The notes beneath the pieces are model-generated. The model had not been told where the DNA came from, did no database searches, and saw only the letters and a list, made by a program, of their open reading frames with translations. A DNA stretch of 63,998 nucleotides, filler included, from Ionaspis alba (taxonomy: Eukaryota): NCBI GenBank assembly GCA_964255285.1. It is 9 parts of 9 records of this genome, joined end to end, with 100 filler letters (N's around TTAATTAATTAA, not from the genome) between each part and the next. Parts side by side here need not be neighbours in the genome. Positions count along the whole stretch, not along the records: positions 51,007 to 58,125 come from CAXUUL010000852.1; positions 58,226 to 63,998 come from CAXUUL010000983.1; 7 more parts are not named here. One strand, 5' to 3'. A program made the position numbers and the translations under genes. Position 1 is the stretch's first letter. Each line of letters begins with the position of its first letter. Below, piece by piece: positions 52,739-63,078 of this stretch.

Positions 52739-54490
52739 TCATTTCCTCTCCTCGTTCCTCCTTTCTATGACCCTCAGGACATCAACTGCACTATTCTTAT
52801 CCCCCTTCTTCTTTCCCCCTCTCTTCCGCTTCTTCCCGTCCTTTCCCCCAATTGCCTCGTTCTCTTCCCCCTCATCATTCCCGCCCTTCCAAACAGAAAG
52901 CTTGACTCTCTTCGCACCATCTTCTTCCTCTTCTTGTGCATCCTCAAAACGACTGCTTCCAAACCCGAGATCCATGTCTTCGGCATCCCGGTCATGGGAC
53001 TCTAGCATTTTTCTGCGGCGAGCAAGCTTCGCAGCTTCGGCTGATGCTTCATTGGGGGTGTTGGTGGAGGATGAAAGGGGTGAAATGGTAGAAGCCTTCT
53101 TAAGAGCGGCGAGAATGGTAGGGTCAGTTAATGGGTTGGTGCTTTCGACTGAGTGGTTGTCCTTGGGCTGAGAAGGATCATTGAAATAGTTGCGAGAGGT
53201 TTGCGTCAAAGTTGGTGGAGGAGGTGGCATGTCGGCCTGATGGTCTTCAATATCAGGAGCAGATTCGGGTGTTGTAAAGTCTTTAGTCGGCGCAGGTGGG
53301 GTACCATCGTTCTCCGTTGTATCCTGCTTCACAACGCCGTCTTCGTCCGAGTTCTCGTCTTCATCTTCATCCTCTATACTTCCAAGCGGGTCGTAATCTG
53401 CACCAACACCCTCAAAGATATCTCCATCCCCCTTTTCCAAATCGACTACCGGCGCGGTTTTCAATACAGGTGCATCCATGCCCAATGGCGCAACATCCTT
53501 GTCCGGCATCAACAATCCATTACCATTTACACCACTTGTATTCTCTTCCGGCCCTTCGACTTTCACCTTTCTAACCTTCTTCTTTGTCCTCCCCTCCGCA
53601 TCGACCGTAACCAATAACTCCCTTCCTTTCTCATCCCTCTCAATGTGTGCTCCCGGCATCTTCTCGCCCAGCTTCCGAAATTTGGGTCCCAGCGCTGGTG
53701 TTTTTGCTTTCTTCTCCTCTACTGCCTTTGCCCTCGCGGCTTTCAACTCACGTAGAATGTCATTCCTGTTCCGTTTCTTGCCCGCGATCGGCGCAGGAGG
53801 TGCCATCTTCCCCTGCTTCATGCGCTCCTCTTTGACGACAGGTTTGACCTTCTGCTTTTCCACATCCTCCAAACCGGCCTCCACATCCATCTGCATTTCC
53901 TCTTCCTCAGTCTCTCCCTTTGCAGCTGCCCCTGGCTCTCCCAGAACATCTACTCTCTCACCCCTCCTCACCCTTTGCAGAAGGCCCCAATCCAGTCCCT
54001 TGACCAAATGCACATCCCTGACCTCCCCTCCCACAATCTCATCTCTCAATTTCTCAAAGGTTTCCCTCTCCATTTGGCCTAGCTTCACCATCTCCTCCAA
54101 CGCCTGTATCCTTGACGCCTTATCATCTTCCTCCGTAGAGGTGCGCGTCCGCGTGCGGTCGGTGTAGCCAGCAGCGAGTTTGCTGCCTTTAGGAGCGGCC
54201 GAGGAACGGAACTTCTTCGTTGGCTGGGAGGTGGCATTTTGAGCGGCGAGTTGAGAAGCGAAGGATGAAGAGCCGGAGGTGCCAGTTACGGATCGGCTTT
54301 GAATATTGTCAGTGAACGGAGGAGGTAGCTAGAAGAAGTGTTCGCGGACATACGGGGTCATGGGGATATTGGCGCGGAGTCGAGAGCCCAAGGTTTTGGA
54401 AGCGGAGACATCGGGTCGAGAGCCAGGAGTGGTATTGGAGGGGTGGGAGGGAGTATCGAGGACTAGGCGGCGGAACTGTCGATTATTCAT
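52739..54490 (-). CDS. RED-like (RED_N domain) spliceosomal protein
   Basis: It starts MNNRQFRRLVLDTP with an intron near 54300-54350. Motifs are KKFRSSAAPKGSKLAAGYTDR, HLVKGLDWGLLQRVR, DIFEGVGADYDPL and DLGFGSSRFED. Confidence 0.85.
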
Positions 54491-56465
54491 TGTCGAGGAG
54501 TCTTAAAATTATAAAATCACGGAAGAGAAAGCAACGCTGGCATTTTTGCTGCCTGGCTTGTACACCTGCGGAGAACTCGACAGTTGAGAAGCATCATGTT
54601 GGAATCAACCGGTGATGAAATCCAGGATCAACCAGGCTCAGTTAGAGTTTCGGCACTAAGCAATATTTGAAAACTGAATTATTTCGGATTTCGGATGGTC
54701 AAACTTGTGAGAGTCCCCCTTCCACTAAGTTGTTATACATGATGATAAGGTTGATTCGTTTAATAAACGTGAAAATCATAGTTTTAGCATGATCGGCGAT
54801 GCGGTTGGGCTGTAGGATTTCCAAAGGTCTAACCAAAGCAGCTCCCCTCTATATCCGATGGATGTCGCCGACACCAGCCAGCCTTGTGATGACATTTCAG
54901 CAATTGCTCACACAGTTTCGATAGATGTGTCATTCTCGTCGACTGGTAAGATGATAGTAGTCCATACGGTTGAGGGTCCCGAAATCGTGAATCTGGTTTC
55001 GTTCTTGTCGTCCCTAATTCCTGCATCGCAAATATTCGCCGACAAGGCTGCTATTCAAAGGTTGACGCCCTAACTCCTTGTTGAGCCGAGTTGGGCTTCA
55101 AGGTATATCAAGATGTCGAAGGAAGCTCCTAAGTCTGGCCGGATGCATCAGGCTCGTGTCTCCATCTCAAAAGTTTGGCAGCGACTGAACGTATCGCGTG
55201 ATCCTCGCCATACTTCCATCGAATCTGCAATCGACTCAATACCTCCGGTCACCACCACAAGCTTTGCGCACGGCGCAGATGTCCATACAGAAGAATTCGC
55301 ACAAGGTTCCTCAAAGCCTGAGTCAGAATCAAGGCAGCGACGCATAAGATTCGCGGCGGATGTGAAGAAGCCTAAATCTAGCTCAAGTCAGCAGCATGTC
55401 AGATACGAGGAAGAAAACTCTTTTGACAGCCGAGTCTACTGGGCTGGCTTTTGCAAGCTCTGTGCTGGGATTTCCAGAGAGGCGTTGGAAAGTGATGGAG
55501 GCTACGCTCATGTTGCTGATGCTTTGAATCTACGTGCTTCGGGATTGAATTGCGACCTTTGCTTTCTGTTAGAGATGGCGCTGTTCGTATCAGCGAGGAG
55601 GTATGCATCCGATGAAGAAATACCGGACGTTGAGACAGCTGTTGAGATGCTGCCTACGCTTATTCAAAAAGACGGATACGTCCTGAAAACACCATGTCCG
55701 ATCATCCTTGCTTTATATCCCGGGTCAATGTTCAGGCCTCGCGAGCTTCACATAGGGACCAGGATCCAGGAGAAAGCTGGAGGTTTATCACAAACCACCC
55801 AAAGCCTTGCAATGGATATCAGTCTCGGTAAGCTCCTCTTTCATGGCGAGAAGGAGCCAGTCCCTTTACTGCCACGGCTTCCAAATCGCGACCTCTTCAA
55901 GCGTTTTGGAGAGCAGCTGTGGGAAAGAAGCGACAACTCGGAGGCAAGAGAGAACGTTCCTCTTCCGACTCTCGTTCTAGATATGGGAAACCCTCTTCGT
56001 AAGAAACATAATTACGTGGACGATGATGTGAACCTCGCATTTGGATCTGGTCGTGAAGGCGAGTATGCCGCCTTGAGCTATTGCTGGGGCGGTTATCGAG
56101 GATTTTTGACAGAGCGGGCATCACTTCGAGACCGGTGCTCAGGCATTAACTTCGATGATCTTCCCAAACTTTTCCAAGATGCCGTAATCGTCACCAGGAG
56201 TCTGGGTATCAGGTACCTTTGGATTGATGCTTTATGTATCATACAAGATGATAAAGACGATTGGGATCGAGAGTCGTCTCGAATGGCATCCATCTATCGC
56301 AATTGCAAAGTAAGAATAGCCGCAACGGCTGCCAAAGACCCTACGAAAAATTTTTTCCCTCCAAAATCGATTGTGTCTTCCGTGAGAATCATGCACTTGG
56401 AAGACACGGAAGGCAACAGCCCTGACGATTCGGACTCCTGGGGAACTGAGTTTTTGAGTTCCGAA

Positions 56466-56561
56466 GACAGCGAACACAGCGGAGACCATCGTCTTTCTAT
56501 AGAGGTTGGTTCTGATAGTGAACGCAGCGGAGACCATAGTCTCTCTGTAGAGGTCGGTTCT
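56466..56561 (+). repeat. 48-bp tandem duplication inside the HET domain
   Basis: The two units encode DSEHSGDHRLSIEVGS and DSERSGDHSLSVEVGS. Confidence 0.9.
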
Positions 56562-57300
56562 CTCGAGCATGGAAGGGCCAATAAACGCTTCATTACCCTA
56601 CCTAAGTACTATGCAGAAGATGTCGACAAGGCGCGGCTGAACACCCGTGCATGGGTCTTGCAAGAACGTCTATTAGCTCCAGACACCATTCACTTCTGCT
56701 AAGACCATATCTATACAGAAAATTCTGCCGGTGTTTTTGGCGAGGACGACCAGGCTCAGCTTTTTGGCTTCACAAGTTGCATTGAGAAGAGCAGAGTGGG
56801 GCCCTCCAGATTACTACACTCCGATGACGACCAGGGACATAGGACTAGTCAATCGTTCGATACCAGCAACTCCAGGCTCCAGATTGTTGAAATATATTCT
56901 GATTGCAAGATCACTTATGCTACAGATAAGCTTATGGCCATTGCGGGCTTGGCTGAGGATAGACGTATACGTGGTGAATACCCATATCGTGGTTCGAGAT
57001 ACTATTTGGGAATGTGGGAAAAGTCCTTACTTCAAGACCTCCTATGGACATCCCGCGGCCCCCAGAGACGGAAGTTCCTTGATCAATTGCGCCTTCCGTC
57101 CTGGGCATGGGCTGCATATGAAGGTTCTCTCACATTCCTCAAGCCGGACGAACCCCATCTTAAGAGGGTGGAGTATCGTAGAACAATACTCGTTGCTGAA
57201 GTTGAGGTTTTTGAGCTGGTAGGTCTCAGCGGGTCCGCACAGCTTCCGCTGCAAAGTACTGTGACAATGTCAGCTCGCTTGAGGCTTTCCGAGATCTCGC

Positions 57301-57471
57301 CACGGGGGTGACAAAAAAGTTGGCAAACCAAAAATAAGCTTCCCCCCACTAAAAGCCAACACCACATACAGTTTCTATGGGAACAAGGCTCAACTTGTTT
57401 GTCTATAGTCATAATTCATAGCAGGGGGGTAACCTTATTTTTGGTTTGCCAACTTTTTTGTCACCCGCGTG
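57301..57471. mobile_element. 171-bp MITE with 38-bp TIRs (CACG[G/C]GGGTGACAAAAAAGTTGGCAAACCAAAAATAAG) and 5-bp TSD (CTCGC/CCCGC)
   Basis: TIRs at 57301-57338 and 57434-57471 differ at one base. Flanks are 57296-57300 and 57472-57476. Excising the element plus one TSD restores the HET reading frame. Confidence 0.93.
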
Positions 57472-57925
57472 CCCGCATATTGGACTTAGAGTCAGCAGGC
57501 TACAAGATACCCTAGGCTATCAAGACGCTTTCGATGCTTCACCATTTCAACACATTCAGTGGCTATACAGGAACAGAAGACCTGTCGCATTCGCTGCATA
57601 TAATGACTGTTTCAAGTTGCGCAATGAAGGTGATAAATTACTTGGTTACCTGTCAATGGACACTATGGAGGTCCCGCCTTCTGCCGAGCTCTGGTGTGCG
57701 CATATTGTTACTCTTTGTAACAAAACATACCAAGGTCCACGACAGCGTGTATATTTACCAGGTCCAAAAATATGGACTGATGCTCCAGGCGTGCATAATC
57801 CCGGCGTGCAGAAGGAGCCTCAGGAAATTACGGAATTACATATTTTGGCTTACTGTCTTGTGCTTGCGTCAACACCCGACCAAAAGAATGAATATCGAAG
57901 GGTTGATATTACGGAAATCCTAATA

Positions 57926-58125
57926 TTAGATCGCCGCGGTCTCGCACGCGATTTCAATAAAACTCGGAAATTGATTGGTTCGGTTAAGATTTTTGTCGCG
58001 CGGTACTAGTTAGGTTTCGCACGTAATATTAATTATTTTATTATTTTATTGTAAATAATTAAGATTACGTGTAAATAATTATATTCGAACCGTTTCGTCG
58101 AATATATTTTAACACGCCCCTTTTT
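57926..58125. mobile_element. AT/TpA-rich probable repeat relic at scaffold end
   Basis: Just after the HET EYRRV motif the sequence shifts to TAA/TTA-rich composition. The scaffold breaks here. Confidence 0.35.
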
Positions 58126-58682
58126 NNNNNNNNNNNNNNNNNNNNNNNNNNNNNNNNNNNNNNNNNNNNTTAATTAATTAANNNNNNNNNNNNNNNNNNN
58201 NNNNNNNNNNNNNNNNNNNNNNNNNAGGTATAACGGGGTGCGTGGTTGGGTGGGTATTGAGTGGGGTGGTGTGGTAATGTGGAGGGAAGATGCGTGGTAT
58301 TTGAGGACGCTTTGACCCCGGCGTGTTCATCGGAACTGTTTGTCAAGATGGGGAGTATTCGTCGTTTGTTGGACATGGTCGAGGCGTTTGGGATGGCAAG
58401 GAGTCGATCGATTGGTTATACCCCTTTCAAAGAAGATATCCGCCACGAAACTAATTAATGCTTTTGAAATCGATACCGTTGTTATCGTGGGCTATGCACA
58501 TTTAGGACTTTGGTTCAATATCATAAACAAGCGCAACAGGCCCAAGCCTTGAGTCCCCCCTCCAGTCTCGACCGAGTCCTGAAAGCTCCATTGGTATCAA
58601 CCACTACTCCACAGCGCCTGTAATTGAGGTTGTTCCTCAAACCTCCGTGTTCTATAATACAGTAGTAGCTCTCATCGTATGC

Positions 58683-60122
58683 TCATTCCTCCTCTGCATC
58701 TTCTATCCTCACCTTTTTACCACTCCCCTCGTCCTCGTCCTCCTCAATGGCACTGATTTTCCTCTTCCCATTAACAGTCACTGGTTCTGCTTTAGGAGGA
58801 TCTTCCTCATGACTTGGAGACCGTTTCTTCCTTTTCACCAAATTCGTCAAGTCATTGGCTCCTTTCGATGCTTCTTCCAGTCGTTTCTTCTGTGCCTCTG
58901 GAGATTCCCCAAGTATTGAGCCGAGTATACCGCTTAACGGCGTTGAGCCATCCAAGGTACCTGTCCCCGTAGGATCACTGACAGAAACCGGTGGCTGTCG
59001 AAGCTCGATGACCTGCTCAATCGTTAGACAATTCTCGTTTCCGGAGGAAAGTTTACGCACTCTTTGCTCCATATCTTGAACCATCTCTTTCACATCGTCT
59101 ATGCTTTCTCTCGTGACCTTTGCTTTCTTATCGTCGTGCGGTAGACTTGGTCCCTCTGCCAAAGCCTTCTCTTCTTTCTTTATTCTTGCCTTACAGCTCG
59201 CAATGGCAGCCTCCATCTCCCTTGCAGCCTCTTCCCGCATCGCCTCATCAACATGTCCTCCCTTCGTCGAATTAGCCTCTCCATTCGCATCCTTCTGCTG
59301 TGTCACAGATGAAAACTCCAGAGCTAGCGCGAGCTTGTAGTGGGCTTCAGCCAGCATACTCGACTCAGGCGGAAATAGCTCTTGCTTCAGCTCCAATGCA
59401 GCTTTCAAATCGACCACAGCATTTGGGAATTGCTCTCCCTCGAGTGAGATCTCGGCTTGCAGGTCGTAAGTATCTGCTAGCCGCTCCTTCAGCTGCCTGA
59501 CCTTCTCCGATCCACCTTCTGCTTGCTCGGAAGAGGGCTTCTCCTCTTCTGAGACTTCCTCCAACCTCCGTTGGAGTAGTAACCGTGCTAGATCTAGAAC
59601 CTCGAAGGCGTTCGAGAAATCATCATCTTCCCCTTCTGCTTCTGCTTCCTCTTTCTCACCACCACCGGCTTCTTCCTCGTCGGACTCTGCGTAGTTCTCG
59701 TCACCCGTGAACTGAAAGTATGGTTTCCCTCCCGTAGTAGGGTCATCATGCTTGACGCTATCCTTCTCTTCGACGACGGATGCCACAACCTCTTCTGCTA
59801 GCCTCTCCTCCCCATTGCTCTCCAATACTTCCTTTTTCGCCGACTCTTTTGCTTGCTTAGGCGCAGGCTTCTCGCCTGCGACCTTGGTGCCCAGAACATC
59901 GCTGTTACTGACTGCAACATGATATAAGCATCGACCATAGGAATAGAGGAGATCGGCGTTCTTTGGCGACATTTCTCCATTGAGCTCTGCTTGTAACTCT
60001 GTAGCGCGCGAGTATAGTTCCGCGGCCGCAGCGTAGTCTTTGATTGCATACTTTGCTGTGGCTTGGGCTATGAGATCGCCGAGGCGTGATTCTGAGGTGG
60101 GTTCTGAAGTGGAGTCTGCCAT
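58683..60122 (-). CDS. HIF1: NASP/Hif1/Sim3 histone chaperone (SHNi-TPR)
   Basis: The product reads MADSTSEP...YAAAAELYSRATELQAELNGEMSPKNADLLYSYGRCLY, FQFTGDEN, DDFSNAFEVLDLAR, LADTYDLQAEISLEGEQF and ANDLTNLVKRK. There is one short intron near 59013-59060. Confidence 0.9.
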   Translation of the reverse strand: MADSTSEPTSESRLGDLIAQATAKYAIKDYAAAAELYSRATELQAELNGEMSPKNADLLYSYGRCLYHVAVSNSDVLGTKVAGEKPAPKQAKESAKKEVLESNGEERLAEEVVASVVEEKDSVKHDDPTTGGKPYFQFTGDENYAESDEEEAGGGEKEEAEAEGEDDDFSNAFEVLDLARLLLQRRLEEVSEEEKPSSEQAEGGSEKVRQLKERLADTYDLQAEISLEGEQFPNAVVDLKAALELKQELFPPESSMLAEAHYKLALALEFSSVTQQKDANGEANSTKGGHVDEAMREEAAREMEAAIASCKARIKKEEKALAEGPSLPHDDKKAKVTRESIDDVKEMVQDMEQRVRKLSSGNENCLTIEQVIELRQPPVSVSDPTGTGTLDGSTPLSGILGSILGESPEAQKKRLEEASKGANDLTNLVKRKKRSPSHEEDPPKAEPVTVNGKRKISAIEEDEDEGSGKKVRIEDAEEE

Positions 60123-60416
60123 GGTGCAAAGTATTGAATTGAACGAGGATAACTTGCTGGGAATGTGATCCGGGTGAACGTTTCGCGAATGGTCAACTCG
60201 ACATGTGGTGGGAGATGCGGTTGTGCATAGAGTATGTGTGTACGCAGAAGTTAACCATGGAGATTGAAGTACACAAACTGCCGCGTCGCGAGAAAACCAC
60301 TTTACGCCGACGCGATGTAGGTCGGCACAAGGCACCCAACTTCTACAGCGAGTATTGCAGCAAAAACTATGTTTTGTTCTTTCGAGCCTGGTGAGTAGGA
60401 CTGCTCTGACTACCAA
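60123..60416. promoter_or_regulatory. Short bidirectional promoter with MCB/SCB-like CGCG elements
   Basis: TTTCGCG is at 60181, CGCGTCGCG at 60282 and GACGCGA at 60309, between divergent HIF1 and DPB2. Confidence 0.55.
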
Positions 60417-62822
60417 ATGGAAGGGCAATCCAAGACTCTACCCTCAAGGGCAGCTCCTTTCTTTCGCCCAGTAGCCGGTCCGAACACTACGAACCCAATT
60501 CCCTCCTCGTCTCCAGCTTTCGGTACTCCTGTACACCCTTTACGCTTGCCAAATCCTTCGATACAGCAGACTAAGCCCACGATACTCCCTATACTACTAC
60601 CGCCAGCGACATTACGGCCATTAGCATTCCGGACTTTCACGAAAAAACACAATCTCACTCTCACGTCTACTGCCCTACAGGCTTTAGCTACGTTCATTGG
60701 AAAGTTTTGCGGGTCGGGATGGAGGGAAGAGGGGCTTGCGGAGAAGGTGCTCGAGGAGACGGCGAAGAGTTGGAAGAAGGGAGGAGGCGGGCTGATCGTG
60801 GATGCAGCAGGAAATGAGTTGCAAATGATATTGAAGAGCTTGGAGGGGTCGATGAGCGGTGGTAGATTGGTACAACAAGGTGGACTGAGCCGTCACAGCA
60901 GCTTGAGCGTTCGAAGTCCTCAGGAGGACGTGAACAATGCCGCCACGAATGGGCTGAGAACAAGCCTTGACCGATCAGACACCCAGACAACCGATGACTT
61001 CTTCGGAGAGATTGCCAATGGGGAAGAGGACGAAGCCCAGGGTAAAGATCCTAGGCAATGGTTGAAGGTGGTCGGAGCCTTCGACCAACCCAGACTCTCC
61101 TACAATATGGAAAAAAAGCATTTCGAGAAAGTGCCCACTCCACCTTCGCTCTTCCCAGATCCTTCGCACAAAACACACCTTTTCCGGCACCGCTACACTT
61201 TGATACACCAGAGACTTCTACGGAATGAGTCCTTCCAAGCACCCACGATTTCACTCTCTCGAATCCCATCACTGCAGCGCTCCTCGTCTACCATTACTAC
61301 GACTCAGCAAGCGTACAAATTGACGCCAATCGCCAATCTACTTGGTCGAAGCGGGAGCAATCATATCTTACTAGGGCTCCTCACCATTTCTCCTACAGGG
61401 ACACTAGCCATCAGTGATCTGACTGGTAGCATTGCCCTCGATCTCCGTCATGCAAGGTCAATTCCAGAAAACGGAGCTTGGTTTACCCCTGGCATGATAG
61501 TAATCGTGGATGGCCTTTACGAGGAAGAAGGATCGACGGCAGGAGCTAGTCTCGGAGGTGGAGGCGGAATCGGCGGTACTATCGGTGGAAAATTCATCGG
61601 CTGGTCAGTTGGAGGTCCGCCGAGTGAGCGTCGGGAAGTCACTCTCGGGATCAGTAACCCTCACCGCGGTGGTGATACAAGCACTGGAGGTGGTTTTGGC
61701 TGGGTAGACTTCCTGGGCGTTGGGAGCGAGAGAGCTACAGGCGCCAGGATGAGGAAACAAGAGAAGAGGCTCTTTGGGAAATTACCTGGGCAAGCAGATT
61801 CAGTAAGCCGAAGCAAGGTGGTCATCCTGGGAGAAGTCAATCTCGACAACCCCAAAACTATACAGGCAGTGAGGAAGATCTTAGGTCGGTATGCTGCGCA
61901 GGCGGCAGAAGACATGCCTATGACGTTCATACTCATCGGTAACTTCGTGCAATACGCCGTCATGGCTGGTGGTGGAAGCGGTGGCAGTATAGAATACAAG
62001 GAATACTTCAACTCTCTCGCATCAGCATTGTCGGACTATCCCTCCGTCCTGCAGGCTGCCACGTTTGTTTTCGTTCCCGGCGACAATGACCCTTGGGCAT
62101 CTGCTTTCTCTGCAGGTGGTGCAACGGTCTTGCCAAGGAAGAGCATACCGGAGCTGCTCACGTCTAGAATCAGGAAAGCATTCGCAACGGCCAATGGGGA
62201 AGTCGAGAAGTCTCCATGCTCGAACTTAAATGGTGAAGCACTATGGACCACCAACCCGAGCCGCCTAGCTCTCTTTGGATCTACACAAGAGATCGTTGTC
62301 TTCCGCGACGATGTCTCAGGTCGGCTTCGACGAAGCGCTCTCGGTTTTCAGCCACTCAACTCGTCAGAAGCAGCAGACGGTGAAGATCAAGAGCCGGCTT
62401 CAGACATGCCGCCTGCGGAACGGCAAAACGGTGACTCCATGGAAGTTGACCAAGCCCTCGTAGCCGCCGAATCACACATCCCAACCTCCAAAGGGACGAA
62501 ATCCTCATCTTCCATCACTTCCGAGGACGTCCTCTCGGCACGAAAGCTAGTCAAGACCATTCTCGACCAGGGTTATCTTTCCCCATTCCCACTTTCCATC
62601 CGGCCAGTGCTTTGGGACTACGCGGGTGCTTTGCAACTCTATCCATTGCCGACAGCACTGGTCCTCATGGACCCAGAAGCGCCACCTTTTGCGGTCACAT
62701 ATGAGGGATGCCATGCTATGAATCCAGGTCGGCTTGTTGCTGAGGAGAGGAAGGGTTTGGCTAGGTGGATGGAATATGATGCTGCGACCAGAAGAGGAAA
62801 GACGAGGGAGGTGAATTTTTGA
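60417..62822 (+). CDS. DPB2: DNA polymerase epsilon subunit B
   Basis: Motifs are LPPATLRPLAFRTFTKKHNL, QRLLRNESF, LTPIANLLGR, FVPGDNDPW and KTILDQGYLSPFP...LYPLPTALVL. It is an intronless 801-aa ORF. Confidence 0.96.
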   Translation: MEGQSKTLPSRAAPFFRPVAGPNTTNPIPSSSPAFGTPVHPLRLPNPSIQQTKPTILPILLPPATLRPLAFRTFTKKHNLTLTSTALQALATFIGKFCGSGWREEGLAEKVLEETAKSWKKGGGGLIVDAAGNELQMILKSLEGSMSGGRLVQQGGLSRHSSLSVRSPQEDVNNAATNGLRTSLDRSDTQTTDDFFGEIANGEEDEAQGKDPRQWLKVVGAFDQPRLSYNMEKKHFEKVPTPPSLFPDPSHKTHLFRHRYTLIHQRLLRNESFQAPTISLSRIPSLQRSSSTITTTQQAYKLTPIANLLGRSGSNHILLGLLTISPTGTLAISDLTGSIALDLRHARSIPENGAWFTPGMIVIVDGLYEEEGSTAGASLGGGGGIGGTIGGKFIGWSVGGPPSERREVTLGISNPHRGGDTSTGGGFGWVDFLGVGSERATGARMRKQEKRLFGKLPGQADSVSRSKVVILGEVNLDNPKTIQAVRKILGRYAAQAAEDMPMTFILIGNFVQYAVMAGGGSGGSIEYKEYFNSLASALSDYPSVLQAATFVFVPGDNDPWASAFSAGGATVLPRKSIPELLTSRIRKAFATANGEVEKSPCSNLNGEALWTTNPSRLALFGSTQEIVVFRDDVSGRLRRSALGFQPLNSSEAADGEDQEPASDMPPAERQNGDSMEVDQALVAAESHIPTSKGTKSSSSITSEDVLSARKLVKTILDQGYLSPFPLSIRPVLWDYAGALQLYPLPTALVLMDPEAPPFAVTYEGCHAMNPGRLVAEERKGLARWMEYDAATRRGKTREVNF

Positions 62823-63078
62823 NNNNNNNNNNNNNNNNNNNNNNNNNNNNNNNNNNNNNNNNNNNNNNNNNNNNNNNNNNNNNNNNNNNNNNNNNNNNNN
62901 NNNNNNNNNNNNNNNNNNNNNNATGCCCAGACCCATAATATCCACAGACGAAGTCCAAAATAGGTCCACGGAAGATATCCTCCATAGAACATCGCCGACA
63001 TATTCGGTTCAGAAAACGCCGCCTAGATCAACCCAAATATTGACCTCAAACCCTCTATAAAATAATTCCCCCAACGGT

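Larger units (their letters stand above)
55113..57925 (+). pseudogene. HET-domain (PF06985) heterokaryon-incompatibility gene, disrupted
   Basis: Motifs are YAALSYCWG, FQDAVIVTRSLGIRYLWIDALCIIQDD..DW.RES.RMASIY, LNTRAWVLQERLLAP, DKLMAIAGLA, YYLGMW, PSWAWA and EYRRV. There is an in-frame TAA at 56700-56702 and a MITE insertion at 57301-57471. Confidence 0.9.

Noticed and set aside
7280..58181. Regularly spaced TTAATTAATTAA palindromes as a biological repeat
   Set aside because: They are always embedded in N-runs and are the standard six-frame-stop assembly linker.
58226..58376. Possible 5' end of a gene (MSNKRRILP...) at scaffold start
   Set aside because: Only ~50 codons are visible and there is no recognisable motif.
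60123..60428. N-terminal extension of HIF1 (581-aa ORF) overlapping the DPB2 start
   Set aside because: It begins at a non-ATG codon and looks non-protein-like across the promoter. ATG 60122 gives a normal Hif1.
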